DNA of 49,026 nt, taken from positions 1 to 49,026 of the forward strand of contig CAZUHU010000006.1 of the NCBI GenBank assembly GCA_964620645.1. The letters run 5' to 3'. Origin of the DNA: an uncultured Chitinophaga sp. (lineage in GTDB: Bacteria > Bacteroidota > Bacteroidia > Chitinophagales > LD1). Of the stretch, positions 1 through 9,005 are shown piece after piece. Under the pieces are notes generated by a model. The model was given only the letters and a program-made list of their open reading frames with translations, was not told where the DNA came from and made no database searches. Made by a program: the position numbers and the translations under genes. Every line of letters begins with the position of its first letter. Within the stretch, counting starts at the first letter, position 1.

Positions 1-572
1 TCCTGTATCCAGCTTTCTTCGGCATCCACGTAAATAATTACATCGTGGCGCTCTGCTTCCTCACATAATTCTATAAAGCGGTCGTACACCTTTTCGTATT
101 CCTTCTTTTCATTGCCTTTCAGGGTTTCGCCGCGTTGCACTTTTTCAAAAAGCTCAAAACGCCCGTAACCGGTAGGCTTAACACAAACCGCTTTTACGCC
201 ACGGTTTTTGCCGGCAAACTTTATGGCATCAATATTTATCTCAAGGGCCTTATTAAAATCCTCTTCGGTTTCCTTTAGCTCAATGCCGTAGTTAAGCAGT
301 ACCCCTACATTTTGCTGCGCCAGTTTGGCAATGGTGCGGGTGCATTCCTCAAAAGTTTCGCCGCCGCAAAACTGGTCGTAAACAGTCCACTTAAAAAGGG
401 GGGCAACAGGTAAATGAATTTTTAAGGCAAAGTCGGCAATGCCGCTTCCAAAACTTACTAATCCGTTATTCCCCATTAAGCTGAACAGGGCTTTGGATTT
501 TTGTAACTCACCATCGGTTTTGCCGGCAAAGGCTACTTCCGTATTATCGAAAACAGAGGGCTTGATATCCAT
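1..572 (-). CDS. Proline dehydrogenase, N-terminal ~190 codons (rest of gene lies beyond the left window edge)
   Basis: Absent from the ORF track because it is edge-truncated. My own reverse-strand translation from the ATG at 572-570 reads MDIKPSVFDNTEVAFAGKTDGELQKSKALFSLMGNNGLVSFGSGIADFALKIHLPVAPLFKWTVYDQFCGGETFEEC...VIIYVDAEESWIQ, with no stop down to position 1. The FDNTEVAF, FCGGE and DAEESWIQ stretches match my memory of stand-alone Bacteroidota proline dehydrogenases. Confidence 0.65.
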   Translation of the reverse strand, partial: MDIKPSVFDNTEVAFAGKTDGELQKSKALFSLMGNNGLVSFGSGIADFALKIHLPVAPLFKWTVYDQFCGGETFEECTRTIAKLAQQNVGVLLNYGIELKETEEDFNKALEINIDAIKFAGKNRGVKAVCVKPTGYGRFELFEKVQRGETLKGNEKKEYEKVYDRFIELCEEAERHDVIIYVDAEESWIQ

Positions 573-726
573 AACAAACGGAGGCGAAGTTGTAAATATT
601 TTTGTGCCAAAAGGAATTGATTATCCTAAACAATTCAGTTTAAACGCAATAGTTTGGGTTACAGTGTCAATTCTTAAATTTATACCTTTAATATTGCCGC
701 CCTTTTTGCGGATTTGAAGGAGATTT

Positions 727-2064
727 ATGGAGATTTTATTGCTGATTATTGGACTTGTAGTAGGTTTTGCCGGGGCTTTCTTTTTTCTGAAATCGAAAAG
801 CGAGGGCACCCTTGGCGCTGCCCAGGAAAAAGCACGCCTTTTAGAAGGCACCATCACCGAGTTAAAAAATGAACTACGACTGCTGAATGAGAGCGCCGAA
901 AGCAAACTGGCCGCTGAACGTAAACGTGCTGAAGAATACAAAACGGAATTAGCCGCTGCTAAGGCGGATAACAGCAACCTGCATCAAAAGCTGCTGGAGC
1001 AAAAAAATGAGTTGGATGAACTAAACCAGAAATTCACTAAGGAGTTTGAAAACCTCGCTAACCGCATTTTAGATGAAAAGGGCAAGAAGTTTACCGAACT
1101 GAACGAGAACAACATTAAAAATATACTTGACCCGCTACGCAGCCGCATAAACGAGTTTGAAAATAAAATACAGCAAACGCATGTTGAGCAGGAAAAGGAA
1201 CGCAGCGCTTTAAAGGAGCAGTTACGCACGCTTACGGATATGAACAAGAAGATGAGCGACGAAACCATTAACCTTACGCGCGCACTTAAAGGCGAGGCCA
1301 AAACGCAGGGCAACTGGGGCGAGATGATATTGGAGAAGATATTGGAGAAAAGCGGGCTGCGGAAAGGTATGGAGTACGATGTTCAGGCCAGCTTTACGGC
1401 TGAAAATGGCAGCCGCCTGCAACCCGATGTAATCATCCACCTGCCCGACCAGAAAAAGCTGGTGGTAGATAGCAAAGTATCATTGGTAGCTTATGAGCGT
1501 TACAACTCCAGCGATAGCAAAGAAGAACAGGAGCAATACCTGCGCGAGCATGTTTTATCCCTACGCAATCACGTAAAAGGGCTTAGCGCAAAAAGCTATC
1601 AGAACCTTTACCAGATAGGCAGTCCCGATTTTGTACTGCTGTTTGTTCCTATTGAGCCGGCATTTTCACTGGCGGTATCCAATGATGATTCCCTTTATAA
1701 TGATGCTTTTGAAAAGAATATCATTATAGTAAGCACCAGCACTTTACTTGCAACTTTGCGCACAATTGATAATATTTGGAAACAGGAGCGGCAAAGCCGC
1801 AACGTTATTGAAATAGCCCGCCAAAGCGGCGAGCTATACGATAAGTTTGCGTCAGTGGTGGAGGACTTTATCGAAGTTGGTAAAAGCATGCGTAAAAGCA
1901 GCGAGGCGTACGAGGGAGCTATGAAAAAACTACACACCGGTAAAGGAAATGTGATAAGCCGTTTCGAAACCTTGAAAACACTTGGTGCTAAAGTTTCTAA
2001 AACCATCAATCCTAAAATACTGGAGAGAACGGACGACAGAGGCGAAGAAAAACTAAGTGAATAA
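727..2064 (+). CDS. rmuC: DNA recombination protein RmuC
   Basis: 445-aa ORF with an N-terminal TM helix and a long E/K/L-rich coiled coil. The C-terminal RmuC-type region follows (QGNWGEMILEKILEKSGL..., PDVIIHLPDQKKLVVDSKVSL, FVLLFVPIEPAF). Confidence 0.85.
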   Translation: MEILLLIIGLVVGFAGAFFFLKSKSEGTLGAAQEKARLLEGTITELKNELRLLNESAESKLAAERKRAEEYKTELAAAKADNSNLHQKLLEQKNELDELNQKFTKEFENLANRILDEKGKKFTELNENNIKNILDPLRSRINEFENKIQQTHVEQEKERSALKEQLRTLTDMNKKMSDETINLTRALKGEAKTQGNWGEMILEKILEKSGLRKGMEYDVQASFTAENGSRLQPDVIIHLPDQKKLVVDSKVSLVAYERYNSSDSKEEQEQYLREHVLSLRNHVKGLSAKSYQNLYQIGSPDFVLLFVPIEPAFSLAVSNDDSLYNDAFEKNIIIVSTSTLLATLRTIDNIWKQERQSRNVIEIARQSGELYDKFASVVEDFIEVGKSMRKSSEAYEGAMKKLHTGKGNVISRFETLKTLGAKVSKTINPKILERTDDRGEEKLSE

Positions 2065-2609
2065 TGTTCTCACTAATCATTTACCTGCTTATTGTGGCCA
2101 TCGGCTTTATGATGGGCTACCTTTATAAAAGGTCGGTCACTAATGCCCAATTTTTCAGCCCCGACCCTAAAAAGTCGCTGCGCATTTTTATGACGGTATT
2201 TGTGCTGGCTATGGTAATAACCTTTGGCTTAAGCTGGGTAACTACCCATCTTTTAGCAGGTACCAGCATACCCGAGGAGGGCAGCATTAAATACCAGAAC
2301 ACCCACTCGGTAATGATTTTCGTGCTTAACTTTTTCTTTTTCGCGCTGGTGGTGCTGGCCAATTTCTATTCGCAATCCCTAAAAAAAATGGCTTGGGTGC
2401 CTTACCTGCTTACCATAGGCTACTATTGCATCTTTATACTTAAAGACGCCTACTACATTTCAGACTACTACCAAATGTGGCTTAAGGCCATGCACCAACA
2501 ACCCGGCGATATGAGCACTATCATAAGCAATGCCTGGGAAAAATGCGGCATCGGCTCTGTTGTTACGCTGTTTAACTATGGCATGATTTGGTGGGGCCTG
2601 CGCAAGTAG
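2064..2609 (+). CDS. Small polytopic membrane protein, unknown function
   Basis: 181-aa ORF with about 5 hydrophobic helices. Its ATG overlaps the rmuC TAA by 1 nt (ATAATG). No family recognised. Confidence 0.55.
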   Translation: MFSLIIYLLIVAIGFMMGYLYKRSVTNAQFFSPDPKKSLRIFMTVFVLAMVITFGLSWVTTHLLAGTSIPEEGSIKYQNTHSVMIFVLNFFFFALVVLANFYSQSLKKMAWVPYLLTIGYYCIFILKDAYYISDYYQMWLKAMHQQPGDMSTIISNAWEKCGIGSVVTLFNYGMIWWGLRK

Positions 2610-2610
2610 T

Positions 2611-3342
2611 TTAACGGTTCCAAATCCGCCAGCTTTCCTCTGCCTGCAGTTCAAGCATCTCCAAACCGTTTTTAGTTTTTGCTTTTTGCAAAGCGCCCCT
2701 TTTTAAAAACTCCGTTTCTACCGGGTTATAAACCAGGTCGAATAAAAAATCGTTTTCGTTTAAATCTTCATAGGGTATATCGACACAGGCATTTATTTCA
2801 GGATACATGCCCAGCGGGGTAGTATTAATAAACAAATTGCTTTCCTGCATTAGCAAGGGTATATCAGCATAGCCGATAGTGCCCACAATTACCTTGCGCG
2901 TAACTTTTAAATAAGGCATGCGCAGTTTTTCAAGCACATAACTAACGGCCTTAGCGCTACCGCCTGTGCCCAACACAAAAACACCACGAGGTGTATGGCC
3001 ATCTAAAAAACGCAATAGTGATTTTTCAAAACCAATTACATCCGTGTTGTAACCAATGGCTTCGCCCTCCTCTATTTTAATGCAGTTAACGGCGCCTGCT
3101 TCTTTGGCTACAGGGCTTAGTTTATTCAGCAAAGGTATTACCTGCTCCTTATAAGGTATGGTAACGTTGAGGCCGCAAAGGCCCGGTGTAGTTTGCAATA
3201 GCTTTGGCAGTTCTCCTATTTCCTTAATAGGATATAACTCATAGGCGCAATCGGCAATGCCTTCTGCGCTTAATTTTTCTTCAAAATATTTTTTGGAGAA
3301 GGAATGTGTAAGTGGATAACCAATCAGCCCGTATTGTTTCAC
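2611..3342 (-). CDS. aroE: Shikimate 5-dehydrogenase
   Basis: 243-aa ORF carrying GLIGYPLTHSFSKKYF, LNVTIPYK and the GTGGSAKAV dinucleotide-binding loop, all typical of AroE. Confidence 0.85.
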   Translation of the reverse strand: MKQYGLIGYPLTHSFSKKYFEEKLSAEGIADCAYELYPIKEIGELPKLLQTTPGLCGLNVTIPYKEQVIPLLNKLSPVAKEAGAVNCIKIEEGEAIGYNTDVIGFEKSLLRFLDGHTPRGVFVLGTGGSAKAVSYVLEKLRMPYLKVTRKVIVGTIGYADIPLLMQESNLFINTTPLGMYPEINACVDIPYEDLNENDFLFDLVYNPVETEFLKRGALQKAKTKNGLEMLELQAEESWRIWNR

Positions 3343-3347
3343 TTTGC

Positions 3348-4040
3348 TTATGCGGCGTTACCCGGTTTAACAAACCTTGCTTTAACAACCTGCCAAAATA
3401 TAGGTAACACCGAAACAAAGATAATGCCCAGCACCACCCACTCAAAATTCTTCTTTACGCTAAAATGAAAGGTTTTACCAAACAGGGCAAAGTCAAATTC
3501 AAGGCCACCCAAAAAGTAGCCAACCATGGTAATGCCCGCCACCCATAAAATAGCCCCGGTTATACAGAAAGTAATATAACGGATATAACGCATGCTTCCG
3601 GCGCCTGCTACAAACGGTGCAATGGTGCGCACAATAGGAACAAAGCGGGCCATTATAATTGCTGCGCCTCCATGCTTTTCATAAAACGCCTCTGTTTGGG
3701 TTATATATTCCTTCTTGAAGAATAATATCCGGTTTCGCGCTTTTATCTGTTTACTAAAAAAGTGGCCAACAAAGTAATTTACGTTATCACCCAACAATGC
3801 GGCAACAATCAGCAGGGGTATAATAATAGCTATATCCAGTTTACCCGTAGCAGCGGCAAGGGCGCCTGCAGCAAAAAGCAGAGAATCTCCCGGTAAAATG
3901 GGCATTACAATTAAGCCCGTTTCCACAAAAATTATAAGGAACAGGATACCATATGTAAGCGTTCCATACTGCGCCAGCAAGTCGGCCAGATGCTTATCCA
4001 GGTGCAGGAAAAAATCCAGTGCAAATTTCAGAAATTCCAT
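3348..4040 (-). CDS. DedA/SNARE-associated family membrane protein
   Basis: Carries the DedA signature region FLIIFVETGLIVMPILPGDSLLFAAGALAA. I prefer the internal ATG at 4040 (MEFLKFALDFF...) over the track start at 4169. The longer form is basic and low-complexity, and it would overlap the start of the divergent gene at 4118. The gene lies 5 bp upstream of aroE on the same strand. Confidence 0.8.
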   Translation of the reverse strand: MEFLKFALDFFLHLDKHLADLLAQYGTLTYGILFLIIFVETGLIVMPILPGDSLLFAAGALAAATGKLDIAIIIPLLIVAALLGDNVNYFVGHFFSKQIKARNRILFFKKEYITQTEAFYEKHGGAAIIMARFVPIVRTIAPFVAGAGSMRYIRYITFCITGAILWVAGITMVGYFLGGLEFDFALFGKTFHFSVKKNFEWVVLGIIFVSVLPIFWQVVKARFVKPGNAA

Positions 4041-4086
4041 ATCCGGCAAAGAAAACAAAATTGTGCAACCACTTAGGGTAATCTTA

Positions 4087-4094
4087 TATCTTTG
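4087..4094 (+). promoter_or_regulatory. Candidate Bacteroidota -7 promoter box (TATCTTTG = TAnnTTTG)
   Basis: Exact TAnnTTTG match 24 nt upstream of the ATG at 4118, with a TTG at 4061-4063 as a possible -33 element. Confidence 0.4.
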
Positions 4095-4117
4095 AAAAGG
4101 ACTCCTTTTTACTCGCG

Positions 4118-7100
4118 ATGAAGAAACTATACCTGCTGCTCGGCCTGTTGGCTGCTTTTTATTTTGCATACCCCCAGGGTGAGGCCAATATCTGGTACTT
4201 CGGCGCTATGGCCGGGGTAGATTTTAACAGTGGTAGCCCGGTGGCCCTAACCAATGGAGCCCTATCCACTGCCGAGGGTTGCGCCTCTATTTCCGATAAA
4301 ACCGGCAACCTGCTTTTTTATACCGATGGCATTAAGGTTTGGAACCGCAACCACGTGCAAATGCCTAACGGCTTTGGTATGTTGGGCGATCCTTCTTCTG
4401 CCCAGTCAGCCATTATAGTTCCCAAACCCGGAAGCAACACCCGCTACTACATTTTTACAGTAGCAGCCAGTGGTAATGCAGGCGGCTTTTGCTATAGCGA
4501 GGTGGACATGGCACTTAATGGCGGACTTGGCGATGTAATAGCAGCAACTAAAAACACCCAGTTGTTTACGCCCTCCGTTGAAAAATGTACAGCGGTTAAA
4601 CATGCCAACGGACTTTTTATTTGGGTTTTAGCCCACGGTATAAACAACAACCGCTATTATGCTTACTTGGTAGATTGTGCAGGCGTTAGCGCCCCTGTTA
4701 TAACAGATATAGGGCAGGTAGAAGGTTGGCCGGGCTGGGGCTACCTGGTAGCCTCACCTAACGGGCAAAAGTTAGGAAGCGCCATGCGCACTGTTGGTTT
4801 TGAATTGCTGGACTTTAACAATGCAACCGGGGTAATTAGCAATAACGTTTTTCTGGGCAATGCCAATGAATGTTATGGCGTTTCGTTTTCGCCCGATAAC
4901 AGTTTGCTCTACGGTTTAAAGATTAACGATGGCAGCATTTGGCAGTGGAACGTAAACGCAGGCTCAGCCGCCGCAATTATTGCCTCACAAACTTCCATTG
5001 GCACGGCCGGTGGCTCCGGGGGGCCATACCGTGGCGGGGCTTTACAATTAGGCCCCGATGGCAAATTATACATGACTCAATACAACCAGCCATACCTTGG
5101 GGTAATCAATAACCCTAATGCTTTAGGCGCGGCATGCAATTTTCAAACTAATGCCGTTAACCTCTCAGGCCGCAACTCTATTTTGGGCCTTCCTCCATTT
5201 ATTCAAAGCTATTTTGATACCACATCGCTTATCACTTATAACAGCAATTGCCAAAACCACCCTGTAACTTTTTCCATCAGTGGCAACACTACCTATCTTG
5301 ATTCCGTTCGCTGGTTCTTTGGCGACGCCGGTTCAGGAGCACAAAACACCTCCACTGTACTTTCGCCCACGCATACTTATGCCAATGCAGGCAGTTATAC
5401 TGTGCAGCTTATACGCTATCTCTCCTGCATATCCGATACTTCGTATCTGCCCATCACTATTCTGGCGCCGGTAAACTCAACGCAAAGCGTTACCATTTGT
5501 CCGGGTAGCAGCTTTACCCGGCCCTCAGGTCTTGTGGCCAGTACCACAGGCACCTACCGCGATACCATACCCTCTTCAACAGGTTGCGATAGTATTATTA
5601 CTACCAGCCTTACTGTAGGTTCAGCATCCGTAGATGCCGGAAATAACGTAAGCATTTGTAATGGGCAGAATACACAATTGAATGCAACAGGTGGCTTAAC
5701 CTATAGCTGGGGCCCTGCAGGCAGTTTAAGTAACCCCAATATTGCTAACCCACTGGCTACACCAACCGTAACTACTACTTATACCGTTACATCTCAGGTG
5801 CAATTGGGTAACCTTATAGCCAATGGCGATTTCAGTTCCGGCAATACAGGTTTTTCATCGGGTTATGTATATGCCAGTCCCAACACTGCCGAAGGTCAGT
5901 ATTTTGTAGGCACTAACGCCCAAAGCTGGAACGGCGGCATGGCCCCTTGTGGCGATCACACCACCGGAAGCGGCAACATGATGCTGGTAAACGGCGCCAC
6001 CACAGCCAACGTTTCCATTTATTGCCAAACTGTAAATGTGCAGCCTAATACAGATTATGCTTTTTCAACATGGTTGCAAACGGTTACCGCAGGCAACCCG
6101 GCGCAGTTACAGTTCTCTATTAATGGTTCCTTGTTAGGTTCTGTATTTACAGCCAATAATAACACCTGCATTTGGCAACAGTTTTATACAGTGTGGAACA
6201 GTGGCGCCAACACTACCGCCACTATTTGCATTGTGAACCAGAATACCATTGCCAGCGCTAATGATTTTACGCTGGACGATATTTCCTTCTCACCACTATG
6301 CACCGCTACTGATACTGTTGTGGTTACGGTTAATCCCACGTATAGTAATACCGTTAATGCCAACATTTGCCAGGGACAAACATACACCCTGCCCGATGGC
6401 ACTAGCACGTCCACTGCAAGCACTTACGTAAAAACGCTTACCAGCTCAAAAGGCTGCGATAGCGTAATTACTACCAACCTCGCCGTATACCCAACTTACG
6501 CATTTACCATCAACCAAACCATTTGCCCCAGCGATGCTTATACCTTGCCAGACGGCAGCACCGTGAATACGAGCGGAACATATGTAGATACACTATCAAC
6601 CATTAACGGCTGCGATAGTATTATAACCGTTAATCTAACCGTAGTGCCGCCAAGCATAACTGTTTCAAATGATACTGCTATTTGCCAGGGTTACTCTGCA
6701 CAACTTAACGCCGGAGGCGGTTTATATACCTATGCATGGACCCCCGCTACCGGCCTCAGCGATTCATCATTAGCCAACCCCATAGCTTCGCCAACGGTTA
6801 CCACTACGTATGTAGTTACTACGCAGGTGGCTTCTGCCGATCTAATCGGCAACGGAAACTTTAACGGCGGCAATGCCGGCTTTAGCAGCGATTATACCTA
6901 TACCACCAACCTGCAACCAGAAGGCACGTACAACGTTGGCTCCAATCCTACTTCTTATCACCCCGGTTTTTCTTCCTGCACCGACCATACCGGCGGTGGA
7001 AACATGATGGTAGTAAACGGAGCCGGCACACCTGGCCTTAATGTATGGTGCCAAACTATAAACGTGGTGCCCAATACCAATTATGCCTTTGGTTGCTGGG

Positions 7101-8992
7101 CGGCCAGCGTTGCGGCAGGCAGCCCTGCTGCTTTGCAGTTTGAAATAAACGGTAGCTTACTCGGCTCCGTATTTAATGCGCCGGCGGCAGTGTGCCAGTG
7201 GCAACAGTTTTATGCTTTATGGAACAGCGGCGCAAACACTACCGCCACTATTTGTATCGTAAATCAAAACACTACCTTGGGTGGTAATGATTTTGCCATT
7301 GACGACATTAGCTTCATAGGGCTATGCAATGCCAGCGATTCAGTGACAGTTACCGTACATAACCCCAGTACGGCCACTATTGATACCGCTATTTGCCAGG
7401 GCACCACTTATACTTTTCCTGATGGTTCAACCTCCACCGTAACAACTACCGATACATCCAACCTGCTCAATCAATTCGGTTGCGATAGCATCATTATAAC
7501 TAACCTCACCGTAAATCCTTCGCCTGTAGTTAACGTTTACGATACTATTTGTCAAGGCGTGAATTATACTTTACCGGATGGCTCAACAGTAAATAGCACC
7601 GGCACTTATACTGACACACTGGCTACTGTGCAGGGTTGCGATAGCATAATAATTACACACTTAAATGTTACTCCGCCACCCGTAACAACTGTATATGATA
7701 GCATCTGCCAAAACCAGAACTATACTTTACCCTCCGGTATTGTAGTACATACAGCAGGTACATATACTGACACATTAAATAACCCTTCCGGTTGCGATAG
7801 TGTTGTTGTTACCAATTTATATGTAAGGCCAACTAACACCACTGCTGTACTTGACACCATTTGCGCCGGCAACAGTTATACCCTACCGGATGGAAGCAGT
7901 GTTACATCATCAGGCGCTTACCCGGTAACACTTCAAAACCAATACGGTTGCGATAGTATTGTTACCACTACCCTTACCGTTATCTCAGTTACTTTAAGTG
8001 CCACGGAAACTGATGTGCTGTGTAATGGTGATGCAGATGGAAGCATAAGCGCTATTGCCACAACGGGCCTGGCTCCTTATATATACAACCTGATACAAAA
8101 CGGCAATACCATCGCCACAAACGCTAATGGCAACTTCGTTGCCCTTTCAGCCGGAAACTACAGTGTAAATGCTACTGACAATTACGGCTGCAGCAACCAA
8201 ATAAATGTTACAGTTAATGAACCGGCCTTGCTGCAATCTTCATTCACACAAACAGATGTAGAATGTTATGGTGAAGCTAATGGCAATATCAGTGTAACAG
8301 CAGTAGGTGGTACACCGGCATATACCTATAGCCTGGGTAACACCTCTAATTCATCAGGTAATTTTACAGGCCTTTCTGCCGGCAATTATTCTTACACCGT
8401 AACCGATAACAACGGCTGTGTTGATTCCGCCAGTGTAACAATAACTGAACCGCAACAGATTATTTTGCAGGTATTACCGGCTACAGCCATTATGGATTTA
8501 GGCGAAAGCATCCAATTATCGGCTACTTCAAATTACGATCCGGCAGCACAATATCAGTGGTCGCCATCAACAGGTTTAAGTTGTGATAATTGTGCTAACC
8601 CGGAGGTGGCTATCAACAACTCCATGGAATATCACTTACTCGTTACCGTAGACATAAACGGTAACGACTGCTTTGCAGAAATGGATGTTCCGGTAACCGT
8701 TATTCCGAACTATGATATTTTCATCCCGAATGTATTTACACCTGATGGAAGCGGCTATAACGACTACTTTGAAATTTACGGTAACAAGCAGGCCATTAAG
8801 CTGGTGGAGGTAAGCATATTTAACCGTATTGGCGAAAAGGTTTTTGAAAGCAACGACATCAACTTTAAATGGGATGGTACCTACAAAGGTAAAAAGCTAA
8901 CGCCTGATGTGTTTGTTTATAACATGCACATCGTGTTTGTAGACAACCACGCTGAGAAACTATTTAAAGGCAGCCTTACGCTGTTAAGATAA
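4118..8992 (+). CDS. Large secreted repeat protein with a T9SS type B (gliding-motility-associated) C-terminal sorting domain
   Basis: 1624 aa with a signal peptide (MKKLYLLLGLLAAFYFAYPQ) and a PKD-like stretch (WFFGDAGSG...HTYANAGSYTVQL). It has seven ~43-aa Cys-bracketed repeats (C-x-G-x2-YTLPDGS...GCDSI-x2-T-x-LTV). Two duplicated ~163-aa modules lie at 5813-6301 and 6842-7327, and there are two SprB-type repeats (VLCNGDADGSISA, VECYGEANGNISV). The C-terminus IFIPNVFTPDGSGYNDYFEI...KGSLTLLR matches my memory of the type B sorting domain. Confidence 0.85.
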   Translation: MKKLYLLLGLLAAFYFAYPQGEANIWYFGAMAGVDFNSGSPVALTNGALSTAEGCASISDKTGNLLFYTDGIKVWNRNHVQMPNGFGMLGDPSSAQSAIIVPKPGSNTRYYIFTVAASGNAGGFCYSEVDMALNGGLGDVIAATKNTQLFTPSVEKCTAVKHANGLFIWVLAHGINNNRYYAYLVDCAGVSAPVITDIGQVEGWPGWGYLVASPNGQKLGSAMRTVGFELLDFNNATGVISNNVFLGNANECYGVSFSPDNSLLYGLKINDGSIWQWNVNAGSAAAIIASQTSIGTAGGSGGPYRGGALQLGPDGKLYMTQYNQPYLGVINNPNALGAACNFQTNAVNLSGRNSILGLPPFIQSYFDTTSLITYNSNCQNHPVTFSISGNTTYLDSVRWFFGDAGSGAQNTSTVLSPTHTYANAGSYTVQLIRYLSCISDTSYLPITILAPVNSTQSVTICPGSSFTRPSGLVASTTGTYRDTIPSSTGCDSIITTSLTVGSASVDAGNNVSICNGQNTQLNATGGLTYSWGPAGSLSNPNIANPLATPTVTTTYTVTSQVQLGNLIANGDFSSGNTGFSSGYVYASPNTAEGQYFVGTNAQSWNGGMAPCGDHTTGSGNMMLVNGATTANVSIYCQTVNVQPNTDYAFSTWLQTVTAGNPAQLQFSINGSLLGSVFTANNNTCIWQQFYTVWNSGANTTATICIVNQNTIASANDFTLDDISFSPLCTATDTVVVTVNPTYSNTVNANICQGQTYTLPDGTSTSTASTYVKTLTSSKGCDSVITTNLAVYPTYAFTINQTICPSDAYTLPDGSTVNTSGTYVDTLSTINGCDSIITVNLTVVPPSITVSNDTAICQGYSAQLNAGGGLYTYAWTPATGLSDSSLANPIASPTVTTTYVVTTQVASADLIGNGNFNGGNAGFSSDYTYTTNLQPEGTYNVGSNPTSYHPGFSSCTDHTGGGNMMVVNGAGTPGLNVWCQTINVVPNTNYAFGCWAASVAAGSPAALQFEINGSLLGSVFNAPAAVCQWQQFYALWNSGANTTATICIVNQNTTLGGNDFAIDDISFIGLCNASDSVTVTVHNPSTATIDTAICQGTTYTFPDGSTSTVTTTDTSNLLNQFGCDSIIITNLTVNPSPVVNVYDTICQGVNYTLPDGSTVNSTGTYTDTLATVQGCDSIIITHLNVTPPPVTTVYDSICQNQNYTLPSGIVVHTAGTYTDTLNNPSGCDSVVVTNLYVRPTNTTAVLDTICAGNSYTLPDGSSVTSSGAYPVTLQNQYGCDSIVTTTLTVISVTLSATETDVLCNGDADGSISAIATTGLAPYIYNLIQNGNTIATNANGNFVALSAGNYSVNATDNYGCSNQINVTVNEPALLQSSFTQTDVECYGEANGNISVTAVGGTPAYTYSLGNTSNSSGNFTGLSAGNYSYTVTDNNGCVDSASVTITEPQQIILQVLPATAIMDLGESIQLSATSNYDPAAQYQWSPSTGLSCDNCANPEVAINNSMEYHLLVTVDINGNDCFAEMDVPVTVIPNYDIFIPNVFTPDGSGYNDYFEIYGNKQAIKLVEVSIFNRIGEKVFESNDINFKWDGTYKGKKLTPDVFVYNMHIVFVDNHAEKLFKGSLTLLR

Positions 8993-9005
8993 AATCAGCG
9001 TTTAA

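Noticed and set aside
439-977. Track ORFs 439-717 (+) and 621-977 (-)
   Set aside because: The first overlaps the real start of the reverse-strand proline dehydrogenase gene and the intergenic promoter region. The second is antisense to rmuC. Neither has protein-like features.
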